Below, piece by piece: positions 1 to 10,600 of a stretch of DNA of 64,000 nucleotides. Location of the stretch: NCBI GenBank assembly GCA_043228905.1, contig JBHGNT010000006.1, positions 17,980,001 to 18,044,000 of the forward strand, given 5' to 3'. The DNA comes from Azolla caroliniana (lineage: Eukaryota > Plantae > Polypodiophyta). Below the pieces are notes generated by a model. The model was not told where the DNA came from. It saw nothing but the letters and a program-made list of their open reading frames with translations, and searched no databases. Position numbers and translations under genes: made by a program. Position 1 is the stretch's first letter, and every line of letters starts with the position of its first letter.

Positions 1-3000
1 CTTCTTCCGGTCCCGGATGATGTGCATCCCTAGTATTTGCCTCGCCGGACCCAGGTCTTTCATTGAGAAGGTTCGGTGAAGAGCCTTCTTCAGCATCCGT
101 ATCTTGACCTGGTCCCGTCCGACGATCAACATGTCGTCCACGTACAGGAGGAGTATTAGAGAGTCTCCTCCGTCGAACTTCTTCACAAACACGCAGTGGT
201 CGGACTGCGTTTTGTGGTACCCTTCATCGGTCATGAAGGAGTCAAACTTTCGGTACCACTGCCGGGGAGCCTGCTTCAAACCATAAAGGCTCTTCTTCAA
301 CCGGCATACCAAGTGCTCCTTCTCTTTCTTCTCGAATCCTTCCGGTTGCTGCATGTATATCTCTTCTTCGAGGTCACCGTGAAGGAATGTCGTCTTCACG
401 TCCATCTGTTCTACCTCGAGGTCCATGCTTGCCGCTATGCTCAGCACCGTCCGGATGGAGGTCATCTTCACTACCGGGGCAAATATCTCGTCGAAGTCGA
501 CGCCCTTCTTCTGCTGGAACCCCTTCACCACGATCCTGGCTTTGTATCTCGGGGGGTTTCCGGCATCTCCCGGTTTCAGCTTGAACACCCACTTGTTACG
601 GAGTGCCCGTTTTCCTTTCGGCAACTCCACAAGTTCATATGTGTGGTTCTCATGCAGGGAATCCATCTCCTCCTGCATGGCACTTAGCCACCTGCGGCTA
701 TGGGTGTCATGCTTCGCTTCTTCAAAGCTCTCCGGCTCCCCCTCGTCGGTTAGCAGCACGTGCTCTGGTTCCGGAAATCTCCGGGGGGCCCTTCTCTCTC
801 TTAGAGGATATCTCCGTTCCGGAGCTTCGGTAACCGGTTCTTCCGATTCTTCTTCGTCCGAATCCATTTCGGGATCGGAGCCGGTTCCGGTATCGTTTTC
901 ATCTTCTTCGGCCGGTTCTGTTTCTTCACCGTCTTCGGCCGGATCCTCGAGTGCTAACCGGTCCCTTGCCGGTCGGGACTGCTCCTCGTAGAGTTGATCC
1001 TCACCGGTCGACTTGGAGCTCTTCATCTTCTTCTCCGACTCCCAGTCGGCGAGTGTCTTGTTCTCCATGAAGATGATATCACGACTCCGGAATATCTTCT
1101 TGTCGACCGGGTCCCATACTCGGTAGCCGAACTCGTCGTTGCCGTAACCGAGGAATATGCATGGCCGGGTCTTTGGATCTAGCTTTCCTCTCCGGTCCTT
1201 TGCCACATGTACATACACTAGACACCCGAACACCTTCAGATGCCGGTAGGACACTTCCTTACCGGTCCACACTCTCTGCGGCGTGTCTCCGTCCAAAGGT
1301 ACTGAGGGTGATCTGTTTATCACGTATGTCGCCGTCGACATTGCCTCATCCCAAAACCCCTTGGGTAATTTCGCATGCGCCAGCATACTCCGGACCCTCT
1401 CCATTATGGTCCGGTTCATCCTCTCGGCCAGCCCGTTCAGTTCCGGCGTCTTCGGCACTGTAAACTCGAGCCGGATTCCCTTCGAGCGACAGTACTCCGC
1501 GAACTGCCCCCGGTATTCCCCTCCGTTATCCGCTCGTATCGCTTTCAGCTTCTTGCCGGATTCTCTTTCCACTCTCGCGTGGAGTTCTTTGAAGACGGAC
1601 AATACTTGGTCCTTTGTCTTCAACGGTGCCGTCCACAGCTTCCGGCTGTGGTCATCAATGAATGTCACGAAGTACTGGGCTCCGCCATGTGACTTCGTTT
1701 CTACTTGACACACGTCAGTGTGCACCAACTCCAATGGTGCGCTACGTCTCGTCGGTGGCCTTGAGTGGAAGGAGGTCCGGTTTTGCTTACCGGCCAGACA
1801 GTCGGTGCACTTCTCCAGGTGCACATGCTTCACTGGAATGAGGTTGTCTTCTGCAAGCCTCTTCATCCCCTTCTCACTCATGTGGCACAGTCTCTTGTGC
1901 CACAGCTCACCGGCAGTGTCGGCTGCCACGTTCAACTCTTCCGGACACAACCGGGCATTCATAAGGTACAGTGTGTTGACTTTCCGGGCCCGAGCCACTA
2001 TCAGGCTCCCCTTGCTGAACTTCATTACGCCGTTCCGGATGCTACCTGTGTAGCCTTCATCGTCTAGCCTCCCGGCCGAAATCAGGTTCAATCGAACCTC
2101 CGGAACGTGTCGAACATCCTTCAACAGCATCTTGCATCCGGTTGATGTCATCAGCCACACGTCTCCTATGCCGGCAATCCGGCACGTACCTTCATTTCCC
2201 ATCCGAACACAGCCATGCTCACCGGCTGTGTAGGATGAGAAGTATTTCTTCTCCGGGGTCAGGTGGAACGACGCTCCGGAATCGACCACCCAGGTCATCT
2301 CTTCACCGGCAAGGTTCAGCTGTGTCTCTTCGGTAATGAGCATTATCTCTTCTTCACTTGCCGCGAGTGCCGTCGTTCCTTTCCGATCCTGCCCTCGCCG
2401 ATCCGGACCTCTCCGGTCCGTGGCTCCCCGGTATGCACCGTTTCGCTCCGGTGACTTCTTCGAATCGGTGTCGTCGGCTCCGTTGTCTTTTCGGTAATGC
2501 CGACAATTCTTCCGGAAGTGCCCCGGCTTCCCACAGTGGAAGCATGTGGGTCTTCCTCTTGACTGCGACCGGGTCCCCGACTTCTCCCGTCTTTGCGGAC
2601 TCCGGTTCCATTGTCTTCCCCGTTCCGATTCGGTAAGCAGCGCCTTCGAGTCGGAGGCCGGTTCTTTATCTCTCCGACGCGCTTCTTCATTCAAAATACT
2701 TGTCTTTACCGTTTGTAGAGACAAGTTATCTTCGGTGCAGGAGGTGCTGAGAGTCACCACCAAGTTCTCCCAGCTTTCCGGCAATGTACACATCAAGATG
2801 ATGGCTTGCATTGCATCCTCCAACGGGAACTTTATCGCCGCAAGCTGGTTCACGAATCCCATGAACGTGCTTACGTGTTCCACCATACTCTCGCCGTCCC
2901 GGTACTTGAGGTTCACTATTTTACTCATCAGGGAGGTCCGGTTCAACGCATTCTTCCTCTCGTAGAGGCCCGACAGCTTCTTCCACATCTCATATGCGTT

Positions 3001-3240
3001 GGTGTCGTTCGCCACATGTTGTAGAACGCTCACGTCTACGTATTGCCGAATGGTTGCAACGGCTTTCCGGTTCAGAAGCCTCCATTCCGACTCAAGTACT
3101 CCCTTCGGTATTTCCGACCTGTCAATCGGTTCGTACAGGTCCCGAACAATCAGAAGATCTTCCATCTTGATCTTCCAGTCGGCGTAGTTCTGCGCATTCA
3201 GCACCATCATCCCCGGCTGCCCGCTGCTGCCGCCTTCCAT
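1..3240 (-). CDS. gag-pol: Copia Gag-Pol polyprotein (partial, runs off the left edge)
   Basis: ATG at 3240. The ORF track lists no ORF ending in this frame, which implies it is open to base 1. Colinear with 18195-21440: CFHCGKPGHFRKNC knuckle, WVVDSGAS protease, HHCC/DDE integrase, YVDD RT motif near 135-145. Confidence 0.9.
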   Translation of the reverse strand, partial: MEGGSSGQPGMMVLNAQNYADWKIKMEDLLIVRDLYEPIDRSEIPKGVLESEWRLLNRKAVATIRQYVDVSVLQHVANDTNAYEMWKKLSGLYERKNALNRTSLMSKIVNLKYRDGESMVEHVSTFMGFVNQLAAIKFPLEDAMQAIILMCTLPESWENLVVTLSTSCTEDNLSLQTVKTSILNEEARRRDKEPASDSKALLTESERGRQWNRSPQRREKSGTRSQSRGRPTCFHCGKPGHFRKNCRHYRKDNGADDTDSKKSPERNGAYRGATDRRGPDRRGQDRKGTTALAASEEEIMLITEETQLNLAGEEMTWVVDSGASFHLTPEKKYFSSYTAGEHGCVRMGNEGTCRIAGIGDVWLMTSTGCKMLLKDVRHVPEVRLNLISAGRLDDEGYTGSIRNGVMKFSKGSLIVARARKVNTLYLMNARLCPEELNVAADTAGELWHKRLCHMSEKGMKRLAEDNLIPVKHVHLEKCTDCLAGKQNRTSFHSRPPTRRSAPLELVHTDVCQVETKSHGGAQYFVTFIDDHSRKLWTAPLKTKDQVLSVFKELHARVERESGKKLKAIRADNGGEYRGQFAEYCRSKGIRLEFTVPKTPELNGLAERMNRTIMERVRSMLAHAKLPKGFWDEAMSTATYVINRSPSVPLDGDTPQRVWTGKEVSYRHLKVFGCLVYVHVAKDRRGKLDPKTRPCIFLGYGNDEFGYRVWDPVDKKIFRSRDIIFMENKTLADWESEKKMKSSKSTGEDQLYEEQSRPARDRLALEDPAEDGEETEPAEEDENDTGTGSDPEMDSDEEESEEPVTEAPERRYPLRERRAPRRFPEPEHVLLTDEGEPESFEEAKHDTHSRRWLSAMQEEMDSLHENHTYELVELPKGKRALRNKWVFKLKPGDAGNPPRYKARIVVKGFQQKKGVDFDEIFAPVVKMTSIRTVLSIAASMDLEVEQMDVKTTFLHGDLEEEIYMQQPEGFEKKEKEHLVCRLKKSLYGLKQAPRQWYRKFDSFMTDEGYHKTQSDHCVFVKKFDGGDSLILLLYVDDMLIVGRDQVKIRMLKKALHRTFSMKDLGPARQILGMHIIRDRKK

Positions 3241-3256
3241 TTTCTGTGTTACCGTC

Positions 3257-3268
3257 GCTCTGATACCA
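3257..3268 (-). promoter_or_regulatory. Primer binding site (tRNA-iMet) of Copia-1
   Basis: TGGTATCAGAGC on the minus strand, 3 nt from the LTR end. Confidence 0.95.
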
Positions 3269-3271
3269 CTT

Positions 3272-3948
3272 TGTTGAAAAACCCGCTCGGCCACAACCGA
3301 GGAAAAGGATCAACTCTCAGAAAACGGGAAATGCAAAATGCACGAAGACAATAGAGAGAGAGGTACACAGGATGTTTTACGTGGAAAACCCTAAATGGGA
3401 AAAACCACGGGAGTCCTCAAACTCCAACTGTCACTATAAACAGAGATGTACAATGGTGAAGCTACAAGGCAACAACCTTGAGCTCACTATCTTCGCCACA
3501 GGCGGCGGTAATACACAGAGGCCACGACCTCTTCGTCTCTCTCTCTCTCTCTCTCTCTCGGCTGCTCACCTCACTCCCTCTAAGTGGGAAAAACAGAAAA
3601 ATATGAGCAGCAACTTTTCAGCAACTCCAAACAGTTTGCCCTAAGTCATATTTATACACATATGACTTTCGGGCTATTTACAAATATAGCCTCAAGGGCC
3701 CTTGGCAAACATATTCACAAATATGTCCCCGCATCCGGATCTCTCTCCGGGTACATACATCATCCGGCTCCGTAGCCGGGTCTTCATCATCCGGCTCCGT
3801 AGCCGGGTCTTCGTCATCCGGCTTCATGCCGGGTACTCTTCATCCGGCTCCATGCCGGGTACTCTTCATCCTCCGGTTCCGTAACCGCAACCGGGCTTGC
3901 CGTCATTCATCTCCGGACATCCCATCCGGAGGGACCGATATCCCAACA
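3272..3948 (-). repeat. 5' LTR of Copia-1
   Basis: TGTTG...CAACA termini; homologous to 17435-18163; carries about five 26-30-bp tandem units. Confidence 0.93.
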
Positions 3949-5172
3949 CTACCATCATGCATCCAAACTTGGACCGATTGGTATCGATATTAGCCGACAT
4001 GTCCGTAAACCCTTCCAACACAGGGTTACTTGAGCCGTATCTAAGGCATACACTTGAGGTACCTCTCAACTTGTTGTTTATCGGCAAGATCATTTTTACT
4101 ACCAGGGCAAATATTTCATCGAAATCTACACCTTTTTTTGGTGGAAACCCTTCACCACGATGTATGCTTTGTACGTGGGTGGATTCCTAGCTTCTCTTGG
4201 ATTCAGTTTGTAAAACCACTTGTTTCGGAAACCTTCTTACCTTCCAGCAACTCAATCAATTCATATGTGTGGTTCTCATGCAAGGAATCCATCTCGTCTT
4301 GCATGACATGTAACCACTCTTTGTTGTATGTATCTTCCTTAGCTTCCTTGAAGCTTTCCGGATTCCCCTCATCGTTTATGAGAGCATATTCTTTTTCTGG
4401 AAATCTGGGGGGGGGGGGGCTTCTATTCCCTAGGGGATATCTCTTGCCTTGATTCTCCTCAACTGGCTATGTCTTCTACCGGCTCCTCATCCAAGTCCGA
4501 TTTGGATCCCTATTCAGATCCGAGTTCCGGACGCCTTTTGGTTGATCTGGCTTTGGTCTCCAGATGTCCTCTAGCCGATCCAGTTGGCCAATTATTTTCT
4601 TCAGCTAACATCCAACTTCCGGCCGGTTGGGTGTGTATCTCATCTGGCTGTTCTCTTCTGGTCGGCTGGGAGAATGATCTTGGCTTCTCCGTCTCCCAAT
4701 CGGCAATAGTCTTTTCTTCCATGAAGATTATGTCCCAGCTCCTGATGCCCTTCTTGTCAATCAGGTCCCACAGCCGGTAGCCAAATTCATGTTTGTTGTA
4801 CCCCAAGAAGATACACGGTTGGCTCTTAGGATCCAAATTTCCCCTAGGGTCCTTGGCAACATGCACATAAGATAGGTAACCAAACACCCTGAGATGTCGG
4901 TATGACATATCCTTTCCCATCCACACTCTCTATGGGATTTCATCATCTAAGAGCATTGAGGGAGATCTGTTTATTACGTAAACAACTGTTATCAACAAAT
5001 CAGCCCAAAAGGTTTTCAGTGACTTGGCATGTGCCAACATACATCAGACTCTCTCCATCACGGTTCGGTTTATCCTTGTGTTCATGAGTCTCTGGCACTG
5101 TATACTCCAACCGGATACCTTGTGAATGGCAGTGTTCTTTGAACTACCCATTGTACTCGCCTCCATCGTCTA
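3949..5172 (-). pseudogene. Copia-0 pol remnant (integrase C-terminus, RT start, internal deletion, RT end/RNase H start)
   Basis: HLRVFGYLSYVHVAKDPRGNLDPKSQPCIFLGY and LRGTSSVCLRYGSSNPVLEGFTD motifs with stops and frameshifts; most of RT is deleted near 4075. Confidence 0.85.
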
Positions 5173-5638
5173 TGTTGGCTGGTGGGCGGAGTATGAAAGA
5201 CAAGTGGGGGACGAGTTAGAAGCAACATTTAAGCTATTAGTATTAGTTATTAATTAGCTAGAATTAAAATAGGAATGAACGGATCCAGAAGAGTTGCACC
5301 GATCCGAATCCAGACTGATTCATAACCGGTTGCCAATATGGCACCGTTTTGTAAACAAAACTGGATGCCTTTAAAAGGATCCGAAGAACAATGTATTAAG
5401 GGACATAATTAATATAAATGAAGTAGGCTTTAAGATTATTGTGTATTTATGTACTTTCCGTTTTCTGCATACTATCTTAGTACCTTACGCGTGTAATAAA
5501 TTCATGTAGGTTGTTAATCCGGAACCAACCGGATAAAATTATATCTGTGTCGGAAGCATTAAACCCGTAACCACCCCTTTGGTGAAGTGATCCGGAAGGA
5601 CACCCTCTATTAGTGGCTAGTCCGGCCTAGGAATAACA
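5173..5638 (+). repeat. 5' LTR of Gypsy-A
   Basis: TGTT...AACA termini; diverged direct repeat of 52998-53452. Confidence 0.92.
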
Positions 5639-5644
5639 CAGTTT

Positions 5645-5654
5645 TGGCGACCAC
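5645..5654 (+). promoter_or_regulatory. Primer binding site of Gypsy-A (probably tRNA-Arg UCG)
   Basis: TGGCGACCAC 6 nt after the LTR, same motif as Gypsy-C at 56771. tRNA identity is recalled from plant tRNA-Arg(UCG) ending ...GTGGTCG-CCA. Confidence 0.8.
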
Positions 5655-5689
5655 GATTCCTATAGAGCGCAGTGACCATCGGGGAATGG

Positions 5690-7138
5690 ATGACTAGACT
5701 GACAAACGACCCAATCACCGAACGAGCGAGAAGACTAGTCGAAAGACTACGGTGGGAGACCTACCAGCAAGCGGCCGAGGAGATTCAATAGGACTGGTCT
5801 TTTCCCAGAACGATTTGGCCGAGGAGTCACTCCAGTTGCAAAATCAACAATATACCGACGAAGGCAGTAGCATGAGTAGTTTACGGTAGGCAGAATCGAT
5901 ATTGCAAACCCTCAACACAAGCGCCGGAGAATAAGAAGCCTTTTCCAACTTTGAGTCAGATCGTACAGTGAGTACAACGTGCAGTCAAATTATCGAAGCA
6001 GTCACAAAACCTCGAAAAATTTGGAGGAAGATGGTTCGGAGAACATATCGATAGCGGAAGCGGAAACAGCATTACCCACACCACCGGGCCACGAGATAAA
6101 CTAGACCAAAAGTCGGAGAAAACGGGTGAGCGTGTATCAACACCACCACCGGACCAGCAATCCAAGAAAAAGAATGATCGCGTACCAACGCCACCACCGA
6201 ACTGGAAGTCGAAGAAAGAAGAGGATCGGGCATCGACACCACTCCCAATACTACCCTTCGACGACGATACCATGCCATACCCGTACCCGAAATACCAGGA
6301 CAAACCAAACGCAGAGGCACACGGATATGCTTTCCTATAGACATGGGAAGCAAACAATGTCTCGCAACGGTTGACAGAAGTAGAGGTCAAATGTGCAAAG
6401 ATTGTGGAATTCGGAATGACATTGGAGGGACCAACAACAAGGTGGCCCAAAAATCACCTTCCCGAGAGCCTGGCCACATTTGAAGCCTTGCAGGATAAAT
6501 TCCTACGATTGTTCCACCGACATGTGGAGCAAAGAGAGCTAGTCGTCCAATTCTATACGGTCTATCAGGAGCCCAATGAGACAGTCCCGCAATTCATTAT
6601 CCGTTTCCAGACATTGCACTGGAAGCTGACAAGGGCACCTCCGGAAGATAAGGCAAAAGTGGTCTTCCTGATCACACTCCGGGAACCACTATGAACGATG
6701 CTATCAGTATTCAACTTTGGGACCAACACCAGAAATGGATTGGGCCCAGAATAGCAATCACATGGCGATGGGAGCTCTACATAGAGCGCTACCTAGAGAA
6801 GAGGACTTACGGTTTCGAAAGGCAGTCCAATGTACAACGTGCCTCGACCTCGGTCACTCTACATTACAATGCATGATGCGAACACAGTACATGATGTGCC
6901 ACTCCTGGTCCCACACCATGGACCGGTGTGAGTACAACCTATTCAATCGACAAGTGGCACCGGTCCGACATATTGAGCCCTGGAGCGAGTAGCAACCGGA
7001 AGAGGAATGGTTCCGGAGGGAAGAACATTATCGACCAGAACGAAGGGACTTGTATGATGATAGAAGACGAGAGGACAACGACTGAGACTGCAACTACGGA
7101 CGAGGGGAAGACTACAATCGATACAGTTACGATCACGA
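5690..7138 (+). pseudogene. Gypsy-A gag, 5' part
   Basis: EFGMTLEGP...KFLRLFHR...FQTLH and Cys/His knuckle motifs shared with Gypsy-B/C gag; multiple stops. Confidence 0.85.
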
Positions 7139-7586
7139 TGTTACCCGGCCGGCAAAGGAGCAGAGACCAGAATGTGAAAGGGATGGTTATTCGGAATATA
7201 TTTAATTAAGTAGATTAGATTATAATTATGTAGTAAACGGACAGACCGGAATGGGTATGCCGATCCGGATCCGGATTGATTCCAAACAGGTGCCGGTTGG
7301 CACCGTTTTGTACGCAGCACCGGTGACCTATATATAGGCCCGGTTACAATTTATAACTTTAACGGAGAATTAATATAAGCTTCTTGTTTTATCTTCGCGT
7401 ATTGATTACCTTTCTGAATTAATTGTTATATCTTACGCGTGTATTAAGTGTATGCCTTATTGCTAAGTAGCTAATTAAGTCGAAGTAATCGTTGTGTCTT
7501 AAGTTATCTCGCCGTAACACCCCTTTGGTGAAGTGTCTTCCGGAGACACCCTGTGTTAGGCCATTGTCCGTCCCTAAGGATTAACA
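7139..7586 (+). repeat. 5' LTR of Gypsy-B
   Basis: TGTTA...TAACA termini; followed by a degenerate PBS TGGCAAGCAC at ~7594. Confidence 0.92.
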
Positions 7587-7641
7587 CAGTTTTTGGCAAG
7601 CACGATTCCTGCACAATCGCAGCAAAGAGCGGTGGGAATGG

Positions 7642-10600
7642 ATGACGTGACCAACGAACGACCCGGTTACGGAGCGAGCAAGGTGACTTGCTGAACGGCT
7701 AAGGAAGCGAGAGGCTTTCCAGCAAGCGGCAGAAGAAATCAGAGCGGATCGCTCATTTTCGAAAGTGATTCGAAGAGTGGCCAAGGAATCACTTCGGCTA
7801 CCACAAAACGCCTACCCGGACGAAGGCAACAACCTAAGCAACCTCCGGGAAGCAGAATCCCTTCTCCAGGCATTGGCAACGGGGGAAGGTGAATCCGAAG
7901 CATTTTCGGCATTTGAGTTAGGTTCGGACGGGAAATACAACGCGCAGACGAACTACCGTAGCACTAACGACACCCTAGGCAGACCAGAGGACAAGGAGTT
8001 AGATACTTTGCCGACACCAGAACCCGAATCGACAAGGCTGGAAACTCCGGTACTAGAAGTCGACCACAATCCAGAACTAGAAGTCGACGACGAGAGACCT
8101 CCGACACAGGAAGTCGAGGAGGAGAAGCCTCCGACACCACAAGAGGAGAATGAAAGACCTCTGATAGGGACAGAAGACCAGGGAAAACCTCAGACACCAC
8201 CAGAGGAGGAATGACCACCGACACCACCAGCCCGTGTACCGACACCGGACGACGATATGCCGTTCCAATATCCCAGATACTGGGATGATTCGGACGCGGA
8301 AGCCCACGTCCATGCATTTCAGCAAACCTGGGAAGCGAACCATGTGTCGCAATGCTTAAATGCAGCCGAAGAGGAACGCTCAAAACGGGCAGAGTTCGGC
8401 ATGACCTTGGAGGGACCGGCCGCCAGATGGCACCGAACACAGGATCCCAGCACAATCCCCACGTTTGAAACATTAAAGACAAAATTCTTGCATTTCTTCC
8501 ACAAGGAGATGGACCAACGGGAAATGGTTGGGTTATTTTACAGTATTCGGCAGGAACCAACGGAGAACATCCAACAGTTTGTCATCCGGTTCCAGCGGAT
8601 ACACAGTCAGCTGAGCCGGACACCACCGGAGGAAGAAACAAAGACCATATTCTTAGCAGCACTCCGGGAACCCTTACGAACGGTGTGCACCATCATCGAT
8701 TTCCGCCCCAGAAGCATAGATCAAGTGATTGACTGAATTCGGGAAATGGAAAACTCGAGTTCATGGCTAACCATGGGCGCACTGCAGCGTACGCTACCGA
8801 TGGAAGAGGACCTCCGTTTCCGACAAGCAGTTCAATGTACGGTATGCCTGAATGCCGGACATTCGGCGCTGGAATGCACCATGCATTCCCAATGCTTGCT
8901 CTACTACTCTAGAAGTCACATAATGGAACGGTGTGAGTATAACTTGTTAAATCGACAAGCACCACCGGTCCGAAAAATTGAACCACGGAGCAACCGGGAG
9001 GAAGAAGAAGAATGTTAGCAGCGAGAAGAGCACTACCGGCCGGCACAAGATGTCCGGTATAGCGACCGAAGAGACGCGTATGACCGGTATGATAGATAGG
9101 ATAGATATCGGGACTATAATGGACGGTATGAAAGATATAACCAGGATCACTCCCTTGGTTACAACCACCGACGAGAGGACTATGGCAAGGATGATGACCA
9201 GCCCCGGCAAGGATACCGCACGAAAAAGAATTTCAATAAGAAACGTCATTTCAACAAAAAGGGGGGTCATCCACGAGAACCGGAAAAGGGCGCTTCGAGC
9301 AGCCAACCCGACCAAAACCAAGCACTTGCCCCTGGTCCCCCACCAAGCACACACTCCGAATCCAGCAACGCCCAGAAGCCGTACTGCTATTATTGTTGGC
9401 AAGAGGGTCACTATAGTAATTAATGTCCGGTGAAGAGCTACCACAAACGACCGGCGATGAACATGGTAGACGCAGACGTCGCAAACATAGAACAGGTCAC
9501 TACAAGATCAAAAGGCAAAGCCACAGAGTGGGAAACTCAAGAAGCCATCCGGAAGGAGGCAACCGAATGGGTGAAGATGGCAAATGAACGGAATGCGGTT
9601 GAGCTCGAACAACAAAAGGAGAATGCCGAAGAGTTCACCGGCCCGGGGCAACCCGAAAACCCAACCTGGTAGGCATTACAAGAATGCCAAATAACGTTGC
9701 CGTTAGGCCGGTTATTGCAACTGGTACCACGGTTCACGGAAGGACTGAAGGCCGGAAGGACGGCAGCAGACACACCACCGGCTCCGGCATTCTTTTCAAA
9801 TCCGGAGGAAGGACCGGTAGTGGTGGACACAAGCAGTTCAGCAGTCACAACCATCGTGAAGGGAAAAGAGCTACCCGACACGATTATCGATGGAGGATCC
9901 GGCATGAACGTGATCAGCCTCTGAATGTGTAACACACTAGGAATCTAGGACTGGGAACCGTGTCCATTTTGGCTTCGGATGGTGGACATTAGCTCAGTAC
10001 GGCCAACCAGATTAATACATGATCTGGAAGTGACCATCATGGGTCACACATTTCACATTTCCGGAGTAGTTCTCCAGCTACAAGCTCAGGTAGCTTACCC
10101 ACTATTGTTGGGATGGCCCTGGTTAAAAACGACACACATAAAGCAAAACTAGAGGAAGAACATAATTACGTTCCGGTGAGGAAAAGCGAAAGTACGAGTA
10201 CCGACTCAACCACGATCCGGTACCGGCAAGGAATCAACGCCGCTATATGTGGAATGTGTTAACATACTGGAAGGATTGGCGGACGAAGAGGTCGATCAAT
10301 ACTTACAGGAAAATCCGAAGATCGTACCTCTGTTCAAGATTGATGTAGCCGAAGCAGTATCACCGTATGTACTGCAACCAGATGGGACCGACGAGGAACT
10401 GGATAAAGAGGCAATCCGGGAATTACGGAAAGCATAGGAGGCACTGGAAAAAGAAATGGCAATATCATAGGGTGTGAAAGCATCCCAACTAGAAGAGGTA
10501 AACCTAGGTACCACAGAGGACACAAGACCAGTGCACATCGCCAAGGAAATGACTTCGAAGAACAAAACGACAATGATCACACTCCTAAAAGAATTTCGCG

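Larger units (their letters stand above)
1..3948 (-). mobile_element. Ty1/copia LTR retrotransposon Copia-1 (young; 3' part lies outside the window)
   Basis: 5' LTR 3272-3948, tRNA-iMet PBS and gag-PR-IN-RT order on the minus strand. It is a close reverse-complement relative of Copia-2 and is inserted into the RT/RNase H region of Copia-0. Confidence 0.95.

Noticed and set aside
104-3354. Numerous plus-strand ORFs, and their mirrors at 18240-22258
   Set aside because: Antisense shadows of the GC-rich copia gag-pol.
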